Shown: positions 24,120 to 32,000 of the stretch, piece by piece | Layout: each line of letters opens with the position of its first letter | Numbering within the stretch: the stretch's first letter is position 1 | NCBI RefSeq assembly: GCF_000007985.2 | Contig: NC_002939.5 | Location: 1,050,001-1,082,000 of the forward strand | Origin: Geobacter sulfurreducens PCA | GTDB lineage: Bacteria; Desulfobacterota; Desulfuromonadia; Geobacterales; Geobacteraceae | Length of the DNA stretch: 32,000 bases | Direction of reading: 5' to 3' | Notes under the pieces: model-generated | What the model was told of the DNA's origin: nothing | What the model saw: the letters and a program-made list of their open reading frames with translations, nothing else | Database searches by the model: none | Translations under genes and position numbers: made by a program

Positions 24120-24515
24120 TTACCCCACCCGGAACATGGTCACTTCGGCCTCGGCCATGACCCGTCCGTCCAGTTCGACCCACCCCTTCACATCCACCAG
24201 GCGGCGCCGTTCGCCCGTCACCTGACCGATTACCGTTATCTCTGATCCGGTGGGTACCGGTTCGCGGTAGCGGAGGCGCAGCTCGCTGGTCACTATCTGG
24301 AGTCCGCTCGCCATGCAGGCTTGCGCGCAGATCTCGTCCAGCAGGGCCGAGATGATGCCGCCGTGGGTCACCCCCTGCCATCCCTGGAAGACCTCCGGGA
24401 TTCGAACGCGCGTCTCGGCGCGCCGCTCGTGAGGGTCGGTGACGAATTCCGCCTTGAGTCCGATGGGGTTGTCCTTGCCGCAGATGAAGCAGCGGCCGTC
24501 GTCGATGACTTGCAT
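24120..24515 (-). CDS. PaaI-family hotdog-fold thioesterase
   Basis: MQVIDDGRCFICGKDNPIGLKAEF...GWQGVTHGGIISALLDE is typical of the family. ATG at 24515 is preferred over 24557 or 24542 by homology-like N-terminus and an AGGA-type SD. Confidence 0.8.
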   Translation of the reverse strand: MQVIDDGRCFICGKDNPIGLKAEFVTDPHERRAETRVRIPEVFQGWQGVTHGGIISALLDEICAQACMASGLQIVTSELRLRYREPVPTGSEITVIGQVTGERRRLVDVKGWVELDGRVMAEAEVTMFRVG

Positions 24516-24587
24516 GGTTCCTGATCCTTTGTCTGCGTCCATCCGGCGCCCCGGCACACGGGCCCGCTACCATTGACCGATACGCGC

Positions 24588-24620
24588 AAAAACGCCCCCG
24601 GCCGCAGGAGGCCGGGGGCG
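24588..24620 (-). terminator. Rho-independent terminator downstream of the fumarate hydratase gene
   Basis: A 10-bp GC stem (24593-24602 cgcccccggc pairs with 24611-24620 gccgggggcg) and an 8-nt loop. On the minus strand it is followed by TTTTT (24588-24592). Confidence 0.75.
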
Positions 24621-24636
24621 TGGTGGGCTTCAGTGC

Positions 24637-26262
24637 TTACAGACCCAGTTGCTTGAAGAAGTCGTTCCCCTTGTCGTCCACAAGGATGAAGGCCGGGAAG
24701 TTTTCCACTTCGATCTTCCAGACCGCTTCCATCCCCAGTTCGGGGAAGTCGATGCACTCGACCTTCTTGATGTTCTCCTCGGCAAGAACCGCGGCCGGGC
24801 CGCCGATGGAGCCCAGGTAGAACCCGCCGTACTTCTGGCAGGCATCGGTCACCTGCTGGCTGCGGTTCCCCTTGGCGATCATGATCATGGATGCGCCCTT
24901 GGACTGGAGGAGATCCACGTAGGAGTCCATCCGGCCGGCGGTGGTGGGGCCGAAGGAGCCGGAGGGCTTGCCAGCCGGGGTCTTGGCCGGTCCCGCGTAG
25001 TAGATCGGGTGGTTGAGCAGGTACTCGGGCACCGGCTTGCCGGCGTCGATGATCTCCTTGAACTTGGCGTGGGCGATGTCGCGGCCGACCACGATGGTAC
25101 CGTTCAGGAGCAGCGGCGTTGCAACCGGGTACTTGCTGAGCTCGGCGAGGATTTCCTTCATGGGGCGGTTCAGGTCGATCTTGACGCCGTGCTCGTGCTT
25201 GCCGCGGTACTGCTCGGGGATGAGGCGGCCCGGATTGCGGTCGAGCTCTTCCACGAAGAGGCCGTCCCTGGTGATCTTCGCCTTGATGTTGCGGTCGGCG
25301 GAACAGGAGACCGCCATCCCCACGGGGCAGGAAGCGCCGTGACGCGGAAGCCGGATGACCCGGACGTCGTGGGCGAAGTACTTGCCGCCGAACTGGGCGC
25401 CGATGCCGAGCTTGTAGGCGGCCTGGAGGAGTTTCTCCTCAAGCTCCACATCGCGGAACGCCTGGCCGTGCTCGTTCCCCTGGGTGGGGAGTGCGTCCAG
25501 GTACTTGGCCGAGGCAAGCTTGACGGTCTTCATGCACTGGTCGGCGGAGCAGCCGCCCACGACCACGGCGATGTGGTAGGGCGGACAGGCGGCGGTGCCC
25601 AGGTACTTCATCTTGTCCACGAGGAACTTTTCAAGCTTCTCGGGGGTGAGCAGCGCCTTGGTCTCCTGGAAAAGCATGGTCTTGTTGGCGGAGCCCCCAC
25701 CTTTGGCCATGAAGAGAAACTTGTAGGCATCGCCGTCCACGGCCTGGATCTCGACCTGGGCCGGGAGATTGGTGCCGGTGTTGATCTCGTCGTACATGTT
25801 GAGGGCAACGGTCTGGGAGTAACGGAGGTTCTCCTCGGTGTAGGTCTTGTAGACCCCCTTGGAGAGGTATTCTTCATCCTTGCCGCCGGTCCAGACCTGC
25901 TGGCCCTTCTTGGCGATGACGGTGGCGGTGCCGGTATCCTGGCAGATGGGAAGCTCGAAGTTGGCGGAGATCTCGGCGTTGCGCAGGAATGCGAGGGCCA
26001 CGCCCTTGTCGTTCATGGACGCTTCCGGGTCGCGCAGGATCTTCGCCACCGACTCGTTGTGCTCGGGGCGCAGCAGGAAGGATACATCGCGCATCGCCTC
26101 GTTGGCGAGGATGGAAAGCGCCTCGGGGCAGACCCGCAGCACTTCCTTGCCGGCGAACTGCTCGACCGTGACATGTTTCTCGGATCCCTCGATCTTGCGG
26201 TACTTCGTCTCATCTTTGCCGAGGGGGAAAGGGTCCTGGTAGACGAACGGCTTGGTGGACAT
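24637..26262 (-). CDS. fumB: Class I fumarate hydratase (FumA/FumB family, Fe-S dependent)
   Basis: 541 aa, nearly colinear with my recollection of E. coli FumA/FumB (KPF.YQ.PFPL..D.T.Y...., [39 protein letters not shown]). RBS AAAGGAGA. The sequence cannot separate fumA from fumB; the symbol follows my memory of Geobacter annotation. Confidence 0.93.
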   Translation of the reverse strand: MSTKPFVYQDPFPLGKDETKYRKIEGSEKHVTVEQFAGKEVLRVCPEALSILANEAMRDVSFLLRPEHNESVAKILRDPEASMNDKGVALAFLRNAEISANFELPICQDTGTATVIAKKGQQVWTGGKDEEYLSKGVYKTYTEENLRYSQTVALNMYDEINTGTNLPAQVEIQAVDGDAYKFLFMAKGGGSANKTMLFQETKALLTPEKLEKFLVDKMKYLGTAACPPYHIAVVVGGCSADQCMKTVKLASAKYLDALPTQGNEHGQAFRDVELEEKLLQAAYKLGIGAQFGGKYFAHDVRVIRLPRHGASCPVGMAVSCSADRNIKAKITRDGLFVEELDRNPGRLIPEQYRGKHEHGVKIDLNRPMKEILAELSKYPVATPLLLNGTIVVGRDIAHAKFKEIIDAGKPVPEYLLNHPIYYAGPAKTPAGKPSGSFGPTTAGRMDSYVDLLQSKGASMIMIAKGNRSQQVTDACQKYGGFYLGSIGGPAAVLAEENIKKVECIDFPELGMEAVWKIEVENFPAFILVDDKGNDFFKQLGL

Positions 26263-26647
26263 CGCGTGCTCTCCTTTCGATCATGGGCTGACGGCCGGGG
26301 ATGCAGGGTCGGGCGGGAATCGTTATACGCTCCGGGCCATGCTGTCCGCGTAAGTGTATACAGTATACGGCGGGATTTTATTGAAAAATTCTCAGTTTGT
26401 CGAGCAAGAAAGTGCAGGGGGAGAAAATGCGGAATTTTTTCATGAAACAATTAAATGTTTTTTCGGACGTGTCGATAAGGATTCCCAAGGGAGCGAGACC
26501 CCGTCCGTGAAGCAGGTGGCGGCAGGGTGCGGTTGCAGCGGACCGATTTCCTGATATCGTTATCACGTTGTGATGGTGCCGCAATACACGGCTGATACTG
26601 TGATGTAATGCGGCGAAAACAACATACCCGTCGGGAGGATGAGAGCG

Positions 26648-26827
26648 ATGAACATGCAGCAAGTCAAAGAGATTGCCAAGCAGCGAGGGATCAAGGCCGG
26701 TTCCATGAAAAAGGCGGAACTCGTCCGTGCAATCCAGTCGGATGAGGGGAACGAAGCGTGTTACGGGACCAACCGCGCCGACTCGTGCGGGCAGGATAGC
26801 TGTCTCTGGCGCGACGACTGTAACTGA
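26648..26827 (+). CDS. Small SAP / Rho_N-like domain protein with Cys-rich C-terminus
   Basis: MNMQQVKEIAKQRGIKAGSMKKAELVRAIQ is a SAP/Rho-N helix-extended-helix motif, followed by C..........C.....C.WR.DC. RBS GGGAGG lies 9 nt before ATG 26648 (the ATG at 26639 abuts the SD). Confidence 0.65.
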   Translation: MNMQQVKEIAKQRGIKAGSMKKAELVRAIQSDEGNEACYGTNRADSCGQDSCLWRDDCN

Positions 26828-26850
26828 CCGTCCGCGACTGCGTCCCGGTC

Positions 26851-26875
26851 AAGCCGGCACAGCCGGCTTTTTTCA
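26851..26875 (+). terminator. Rho-independent terminator after the small SAP-like gene (may also serve the convergent mutM)
   Basis: Stem aagccggc (26851-26858) pairs with gccggctt (26862-26869), with a 3-nt loop, and runs into a T tract (tttttt). The mutM stop codon (26873-26875) abuts it. Confidence 0.7.
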
Positions 26876-27688
26876 TTTCTGGCAGACGGGGCAGAACCAG
26901 GTTGAGCGGTTGCCGAGCCGGATCCGGGCGATGGGCGTGCCGCAGACCGTGCACGGTTTGCCGGTCTGTCCGTAGACGGCCGGATTGATGCGGAAATACC
27001 CCGAAGGAACCTCGGTCGCGATGAATTCGTGGAGGGTTGTATCTCCTTCGGCAATGGCGTCGCGCAGCACATCCCCGACGGCGGTTGCCAACGTGGCGCA
27101 GTCTTCCTCAGAGAGTGACCCCGCGGCGCGTTCGGGATGGATGCGCGCCCGGAACAGGGCCTCATTGGCGTAGATGTTCCCCACGCCGACCACGATCCGG
27201 TTGTCCATGAGCAGAAGCTTGATGGCGGCATTCCGCTTCCGGCTGCGCGAGAAGAGATAGCTCCCGTTGAACAGGGGCGGGAAAGGCTCCGGCCCCAGTT
27301 GTGCCAGTAGCGGGTGGGCAAGGGGATCGCTGCCGGTCCAGAGGACGAGCCCGAATTTGCGCGGATCCCTGAAGCGGAGGGTGCGGCCGTCGTCCAGGAC
27401 CAGGTCCAGGTGGTCGTACTTTCCCGGCGGACTGCCTGCCGGAGCGACCCGGAGCGTGCCGGTCATCCCCAGGTGGATAATGGCCGTGCCGTCGCCGCAG
27501 CGCAAGAGGAGATACTTGGCCCGGCGCTCCACCCGTTCGATGACCCTGCCGGTGAGCCGCTCGCCCAACTCGGGGGGAATCGGCAACCGCAGCTTGGCTG
27601 CCCGGGCCGTGACCGCCGTCACCCGCCGCCCGGTCACATGGGGCGCGATCCCCCGCAGGGTTGTCTCCACTTCCGGCAACTCCGGCAT
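26873..27688 (-). CDS. mutM: Formamidopyrimidine-DNA glycosylase (Fpg/MutM)
   Basis: N-terminal catalytic MPELPEVE, H2TH region, and C-terminal zinc finger CTVCGTPI......R.T.FCPVCQK. Confidence 0.93.
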   Translation of the reverse strand: MPELPEVETTLRGIAPHVTGRRVTAVTARAAKLRLPIPPELGERLTGRVIERVERRAKYLLLRCGDGTAIIHLGMTGTLRVAPAGSPPGKYDHLDLVLDDGRTLRFRDPRKFGLVLWTGSDPLAHPLLAQLGPEPFPPLFNGSYLFSRSRKRNAAIKLLLMDNRIVVGVGNIYANEALFRARIHPERAAGSLSEEDCATLATAVGDVLRDAIAEGDTTLHEFIATEVPSGYFRINPAVYGQTGKPCTVCGTPIARIRLGNRSTWFCPVCQK

Positions 27689-27743
27689 CTATCCTCCCGC
27701 TGATCCGCATTATTCCGGCGCGCCGCCGGCCCGGTCAAAACGG

Positions 27744-27773
27744 TTGACCCGGACCGGCGGCGCAGGGTATAGT
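27744..27773 (+). promoter_or_regulatory. Candidate sigma70-type promoter for dnaB
   Basis: TTGACC (27744-27749), 18-nt spacer, TATAGT (27768-27773), about 45 nt upstream of the dnaB ATG. It lies in the divergent intergenic region with mutM. Confidence 0.45.
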
Positions 27774-27819
27774 ACCCCTTCCTCCGACTCACATCCAGCG
27801 TTTCTTCCCAAGGCAGGTC

Positions 27820-29190
27820 ATGTCCGCGGTCGATCTGAGAAAAGTTCCTCCCCAGAGCATTGAAGCCGAGATGTCGATTCTCGGCGGCGTGCTCCTCGAT
27901 AACGAGGCGATCAACCGCTGTCTGGAGTTGATCGAGGCCGACGATTTCTATCGCGAGTCCCACCGCAAGATATTCCGGGCCATGATCGACCTATCCAACC
28001 GGAGCGAGCCCTGCGACCTGATCACCCTCACGGACATGCTCAAGCGCAAGGGAGAGCTGGAGGAGGTGGGGGGCGGCGCCTATCTTGCCACCCTGGTGGA
28101 CTATGTCCCCACTGCCGCCAACATCGCCTACTACTGCCGGATCGTGAAGGAGAAGTCGGTAACCCGGCGCCTCATCACCGCCGCCACCGACATCGTCACC
28201 CGCGGCTATGACGAGGAGACCACGGTGGACGAGCTTCTGGACGGCGCCCAGAAGACCATCTTCGAGATTTCCGAGAACAAGCTCCGCCCTGCTTTCACCC
28301 CGGTGGGCACCATCCTCAAGGATACCTTCAAGAGAATCGAGACCCTCTACGAAAAGAAAGAGCACGTAACCGGCGTCCCCACCGGGTTCTACGACCTGGA
28401 CAAGATGACCGCCGGTTTCCAGCCGGGCGATCTCATCATCATTGCCGGCCGCCCCTCCATGGGCAAGACGGCCTTTTCCCTCAATATCGCCCAGTATGCC
28501 GCGGCCCATGCCGATCCGCCCCTGCCCGTGGCCGTGTTCTCCCTGGAGATGAGCAAGGAATCCCTGGTTATGCGTCTGCTCTGCTCCGAGTCGCGGGTTG
28601 ATGCCAGCCGCCTGCGGACCGGTCACCTGGTGGACACCGACTGGCACAAGCTGACCCACGGGGCCGACAAGCTTTCCAAGGCCCGGCTCTACATCGACGA
28701 TACCCCGGCCATTCCGGTGCTGGAGATGCGGGCCAAGGCCCGGCGCCTCAAGGCGGAGAACGGCCTCGGCATGATCGTGGTGGACTATCTCCAGCTCATG
28801 CGCGGCTCCAGTCAGGAGTCACGCCAGCAGGAGATCTCGGAAATCTCCCGCTCCCTCAAGGCCCTGGCCAAGGAGCTGGACGTGCCGGTGGTGGCGCTCT
28901 CCCAGCTCAACCGGAGCCTGGAAAGCCGCACCGACAAGCGCCCCATGATGAGCGACCTGCGGGAATCGGGGGCCATAGAGCAGGACGCCGACGTGATCAT
29001 GTTCGTGTATCGCGACGCTGTCTACTGCGATGACTGCAAGAAGCGCGACGGTTCCTGCACCAAGGGGCACGAGAAGGACGCCGAGATCATTATCGGCAAG
29101 CAGCGTAACGGCCCCATCGGCTCCGTCAACCTGCTGTTCAACGGCGAATTCACCAAGTTCGAAAATATGGAGAAGCATCATGATTACTAA
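27820..29190 (+). CDS. dnaB: Replicative DNA helicase DnaB
   Basis: PPQSIEAEMSILGG.LLDNEA, Walker A GRPSMGKTAF, and IVVDYLQLM...QEISEISRSLKALAKEL.VPVVALSQLNRS.E.R.DKRP..SDLRESG.IEQDADV are textbook DnaB motifs. Confidence 0.95.
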   Translation: MSAVDLRKVPPQSIEAEMSILGGVLLDNEAINRCLELIEADDFYRESHRKIFRAMIDLSNRSEPCDLITLTDMLKRKGELEEVGGGAYLATLVDYVPTAANIAYYCRIVKEKSVTRRLITAATDIVTRGYDEETTVDELLDGAQKTIFEISENKLRPAFTPVGTILKDTFKRIETLYEKKEHVTGVPTGFYDLDKMTAGFQPGDLIIIAGRPSMGKTAFSLNIAQYAAAHADPPLPVAVFSLEMSKESLVMRLLCSESRVDASRLRTGHLVDTDWHKLTHGADKLSKARLYIDDTPAIPVLEMRAKARRLKAENGLGMIVVDYLQLMRGSSQESRQQEISEISRSLKALAKELDVPVVALSQLNRSLESRTDKRPMMSDLRESGAIEQDADVIMFVYRDAVYCDDCKKRDGSCTKGHEKDAEIIIGKQRNGPIGSVNLLFNGEFTKFENMEKHHDY

Positions 29191-29989
29191 CATTCATCCG
29201 ACTGCCCACATAAGCCCCTCCGCCACCATTGCCGACGGCGCGGAAATCGGCCCCAACGTCATCGTGGGAGATCACTCCTCCATCGGCGCCGGCACCAGGG
29301 TGATGGCCAACGCCGTTATCGGTCCCTGGACGCAGATCGGCGAGAACAATGTCATTCACTTCGGCGCCATCGTCGGTCACGACCCCCAGGACTTCGGCTA
29401 CAAGGGGGAGGAGAGCTGGACTATCGTCGGCAACGGCAACGTGATTCGCGAGTATGTCACCATTCACCGGGGTAACCGGCCGGGGACGAAAACGATGATC
29501 GGCAGCAATAACCTGTTCATGGCCCATTCCCACGTGGCCCACAACTGTGAGCTGGGGAGCAATATCATCCTGGTGAACGGCGCCCTCCTGGCCGGACACG
29601 TGGTGGTGGAAGACCGGGTCATCATTTCCGGTAACAGTGTGGTGCACCAGTTCTGCCGCATCGGCACCTTTGCCATGATGCGGGGGCTGTCCCGCTCGTC
29701 CCGCGACGTGCCTCCCTTCTGCATCATGGACGACACCCATACGGTGAAGGCGCTGAACCTGGTTGGCCTCAAGCGCAACGGTTTCGACCAGTCCCGCATC
29801 CGGGCGCTCAAGAACGCCTTCAAGCTCCTGTTCCTCTCGGGTCTCAACATGCAGAATGCCCTGGCAGAGGTGGAGCGCTCCCTCCACATCACCGATGATG
29901 TCCGCTACCTCATTGACTTCATCAAGTCGGCCAAGCGCGGCGTCTGTTTCGGTCGCGGCCTGATCGTGGATGTGGAGGATAAAGAGTAG
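29180..29989 (+). CDS. lpxA: Acyl-ACP--UDP-N-acetylglucosamine O-acyltransferase (LpxA-like)
   Basis: ATG at 29180 (11-nt overlap with the dnaB end). N-terminus IHPTA.I.P.A.I......IGP...IG, hexapeptide left-handed beta-helix repeats, and an LpxA-type helical C-terminus GLKR.GF...RI.ALK.AFKLLF. Confidence 0.8.
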   Translation: MITNIHPTAHISPSATIADGAEIGPNVIVGDHSSIGAGTRVMANAVIGPWTQIGENNVIHFGAIVGHDPQDFGYKGEESWTIVGNGNVIREYVTIHRGNRPGTKTMIGSNNLFMAHSHVAHNCELGSNIILVNGALLAGHVVVEDRVIISGNSVVHQFCRIGTFAMMRGLSRSSRDVPPFCIMDDTHTVKALNLVGLKRNGFDQSRIRALKNAFKLLFLSGLNMQNALAEVERSLHITDDVRYLIDFIKSAKRGVCFGRGLIVDVEDKE

Positions 29990-30074
29990 GGCGCCGCCTG
30001 CCCGGCTCATCCTCCGGAACCGACCGGCCCCGGCGGCTGGACGTCAGTACCCATTACGAATCGAGGAATCAATC

Positions 30075-31382
30075 ATGACCACATACACTCCGCTCCGTGA
30101 CGTTCCCGCTGCTGCCGGCTACGGTCCCGGCGACGTTTTCGTCCTCTTCGGCGAACTGTTCGGCCGCGGCTACGCCAACGGCATCGTTGACGAGGCTCGG
30201 AAAGCCGGCATGACCATTATCGGCGCCACGGTGGGCCGCCGTGACAACAACGGGCCGTTGCGCCCTCTCACCGCCGAAGAACTGGCCGAAGCCGAGGCGA
30301 ACCTGGGGGGGAAGATCATTAATGTCCCGCTGGAAGCCGGTTTCGATCTGGAGCCTGCCGGCGACGGGCTCACCCCGGTCGACCGCCTCAAAGGGGTGAA
30401 GCCCGAGACCGTAGCCACAACCGCTCTTGATATGGCCGCCATTGAGGAGTCGCGCCAGAAGGGGCTTGCCCGCTTCCGGGGCAACCTGGCCGATTTCGCG
30501 CGGGAGCTCGACGGGCTCGTGCCATCGGGGGCCAATCTCCTGATCGTGCACACCATGGCTGGCGGCATTCCCCGCGCCCGGACCCTCATGCCGCTTCTCA
30601 ACCGCGTGTTCAAGGGACAGGGAGACCGCTTCCTCTCCTCGGAGCTCTTCTGGAACTCCGACGTGGGTCGGCTGTGCAGTCTCTCCTTCGACGAGGTGAC
30701 CGCCGACACCTTCGGCGCCCTTGTGGACGCCACTGCCTCACTGCGGGCGCGGGTGGAGGTCGCCGGCGCCAGGGTCTCCTACGCAGCCTACGGCTACCAT
30801 GGCTGCGAGGTACTCATCGGCGGCGAATACCGGTGGCAATCCTACACTCCCTATCTGCAGGGATGGGCCAAGATCCGCCTTGAGGAATGGGCCTGCCGGG
30901 TTTGGCAGCAGGGTGTGAAGGCTACGGTCTACAATTCGCCGGAGATCCAGACGAATTCCAGCGCTCTGTTCCTTGGGGTTGAACTTTCTCTGTACCCGTT
31001 GCTGGCTGCCCTTGCGCGAGAGGGTGGCTCCTCGGCGGCAGCCGGCATCCGCGCCGCCTGCCAGGCGCTGCTCAGGGAAGGGGAAACCATGGATGCCGTG
31101 TTGGCCCAGGCCGATGCCTACCTTGCTTCTCCGGTTCTGGCATCCTTCGGCAAACTGGAAGAGTGGCCCCGCCATAACACGCCGGATCAGGCCGCCCTGA
31201 TGCTCACCGCGTCGGACGCGCTCATGACCATGAACGCCGATCCCAAGAACATCGTTTGCGCAGAGCTTTCCAAGGCGGTTTTCCAGGCAGTGGGCCAACT
31301 CATGTTCGATCACTCCTGGGTGCCCCAGGCACCGGTCCTCTGGCTCAATCACGACGTGATTGCGCGAAGGCTTGCCGTCTGA
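30075..31382 (+). CDS. Conserved-looking hypothetical protein, 436 aa, function unknown
   Basis: ATG at 30075 with GAGGAA 7 nt upstream. GC3-rich codon usage like its neighbours, and a hairpin follows. I do not recognise a family. Confidence 0.6.
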   Translation: MTTYTPLRDVPAAAGYGPGDVFVLFGELFGRGYANGIVDEARKAGMTIIGATVGRRDNNGPLRPLTAEELAEAEANLGGKIINVPLEAGFDLEPAGDGLTPVDRLKGVKPETVATTALDMAAIEESRQKGLARFRGNLADFARELDGLVPSGANLLIVHTMAGGIPRARTLMPLLNRVFKGQGDRFLSSELFWNSDVGRLCSLSFDEVTADTFGALVDATASLRARVEVAGARVSYAAYGYHGCEVLIGGEYRWQSYTPYLQGWAKIRLEEWACRVWQQGVKATVYNSPEIQTNSSALFLGVELSLYPLLAALAREGGSSAAAGIRAACQALLREGETMDAVLAQADAYLASPVLASFGKLEEWPRHNTPDQAALMLTASDALMTMNADPKNIVCAELSKAVFQAVGQLMFDHSWVPQAPVLWLNHDVIARRLAV

Positions 31383-31386
31383 TCGC

Positions 31387-31419
31387 GACCTTTTCCGTCA
31401 TTGGACGACGGAAAAGGTC
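31387..31419 (+). terminator. Candidate terminator hairpin just after the 30075..31382 gene
   Basis: A 13-bp perfect stem, gaccttttccgtc (31387-31399) pairing with gacggaaaaggtc (31407-31419), and a 7-nt loop, 5 nt after the stop. No clean U tract follows, so it is not a canonical intrinsic terminator. Confidence 0.5.
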
Positions 31420-31499
31420 ACCTTGCGGTCGTTCTTGTTCGTCGCGCTCTCGCTTGAATAGGGGGTTTCAAAAGGGGAACAATACTGTTACTTGAATGG

Positions 31500-31532
31500 T
31501 ATGCGGTTTGCATGACACATGCAAACCGCATA
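31500..31532. promoter_or_regulatory. 15-bp perfect palindrome/hairpin immediately 5' of the riboswitch candidate
   Basis: tatgcggtttgcatg (31500-31514), aca, catgcaaaccgcata (31518-31532). It could be an operator or an RNA hairpin. Confidence 0.5.
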
Positions 31533-31536
31533 TCGT

Positions 31537-31623
31537 TGATACACGACAATACTAAACCATCCGCGAGGGTGGGACGGAAAGCCCACAGGGTCTCTCTGAG
31601 ACAGCCGGGATGCCGAAATGTCA
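31537..31623 (+). ncRNA. Candidate GEMM-I class cyclic-dinucleotide riboswitch (c-di-GMP-I / cGAMP-type)
   Basis: AAACC (31554-31558). Hairpin AUCC-GCGA-GGGU (31559-31570, GNRA loop). GGGACGGAAAGCC (31571-31583, vs GGGACGCAAAGCC in V. cholerae Vc2 as I recall it). Second helix GUCUC-UCU-GAGAC (31590-31602) and CAGCCGGGAUGCCGAAA (31602-31618). A closing stem is possible between 31537-31541 and 31619-31623. It lies 58 nt upstream of a gene with a signal-peptide-like N-terminus. Confidence 0.55.
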
Positions 31624-31680
31624 GCACGACGACGTTCGGCCCCGGCTTGCTCTTTATCCGGTGCCGGAAGGAGACGAGCC

Positions 31681-32000
31681 ATGGGAGTTTCTCGGGAGTG
31701 TTGTCGCAGATGGGGCAAGGCCGTTGTTGCGCAGGTTGTACTGTTCGTCGTTGCCGTTGTGGCGATACCGGCGCTGGCGGACTCAATCCCCGCTTACCTC
31801 GCATCGGCCACCAGCCATGATTCTCCGGCTATAGTTTCTCCTCCTCCCGCTTCACCCGCCTCCCAATCGGAAAATGCCACCTTTTTCAGCATATCAGCCA
31901 GCCCAACCGGCGATGTGACGCTCAACTGCGGCGGTGTTCCCGTTGAAATCGGCTACACGGATCTCGCCCCCCATGACGAAATCCGGGAGCAGAGCCAGCG
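31681..32000 (+). CDS. Hypothetical secreted/membrane-anchored protein, 3' end cut by the window edge
   Basis: ATG at 31681, 6 nt after GGAAGGAGA. MGVSRECCRRWGKAVVAQVVLFVVAVVAIPALADS looks like a signal peptide or anchor. The frame stays open to nt 32000; it is absent from the ORF track because no stop is reached. Confidence 0.55.
   Translation, partial: MGVSRECCRRWGKAVVAQVVLFVVAVVAIPALADSIPAYLASATSHDSPAIVSPPPASPASQSENATFFSISASPTGDVTLNCGGVPVEIGYTDLAPHDEIREQSQ

Noticed and set aside
24649-26445. 598-aa + strand ORF
   Set aside because: It is antisense to the unmistakable class I fumarate hydratase gene, and its translation is repetitive G/A/V/L/D-rich nonsense.
29030-29179. N-terminal extension of the lpxA-like ORF
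   Set aside because: It overlaps the 3' end of dnaB in another frame and translates to S/T/P/A-rich filler. The LpxA-like sequence begins at Met 29180.
31418-31834. ORFs 31418..31804 (-), 31512..31820 (+) and 31610..31834 (+)
   Set aside because: They overlap the hairpins and the riboswitch-like element or the better-supported signal-peptide ORF starting at 31681. They have no SD and odd composition.
1-32000. Search for CRISPR arrays, tRNA/rRNA genes, IS elements, integrases and toxin-antitoxin pairs
   Set aside because: I saw no regularly spaced direct repeats, cloverleaf-like segments, transposase or integrase-like translations, or small paired ORFs. The only repeats found are the in-gene tandem repeats and the 34-nt inverted repeat reported above.

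Overview
High-GC, Geobacter-like (deltaproteobacterial) chromosomal window. Nt 1-24106 is one same-strand (+) gene array with short gaps or overlapping stop/start codons. It encodes a complete phage-tail-like contractile injection system (eCIS / Afp-PVC-like). In order: AAA+ ATPase (5' truncated), DUF4255 cap, an unknown beta-sandwich-like protein, a sheath carrying a tandemly duplicated insert domain, tube 1, a gpE-like tail assembly chaperone with a candidate -1 frameshift extension, tube 2, a disordered tape-measure-like protein, LysM tube-initiator, gp27/gpD-like hub, gp5/gpV-like spike, PAAR tip, gp25 wedge, two Baseplate_J-like proteins, a P2 gpI-like protein with an N-terminal NHL propeller, a tail-fibre-like protein with Thr-rich heptad repeats and a C-terminal helix-hairpin-helix, a translationally coupled GT4-type glycosyltransferase, and a 980-aa putative effector (eCIS-type N-terminal leader motif, Lys-rich linker, C-terminal His-Me/HNH-like motif). 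I saw no capsid, terminase, integrase or lysis genes. Nt 24120-31382 is housekeeping: PaaI thioesterase, class I fumarate hydratase, a small SAP/Rho_N-like Cys-rich protein, mutM, dnaB, lpxA and a 436-aa unknown. At 31537-31623 there is a candidate GEMM-I (cyclic dinucleotide) riboswitch upstream of a 3'-truncated secreted-protein gene. All calls rest on reading the translated ORFs and the DNA by eye; no database search was run.
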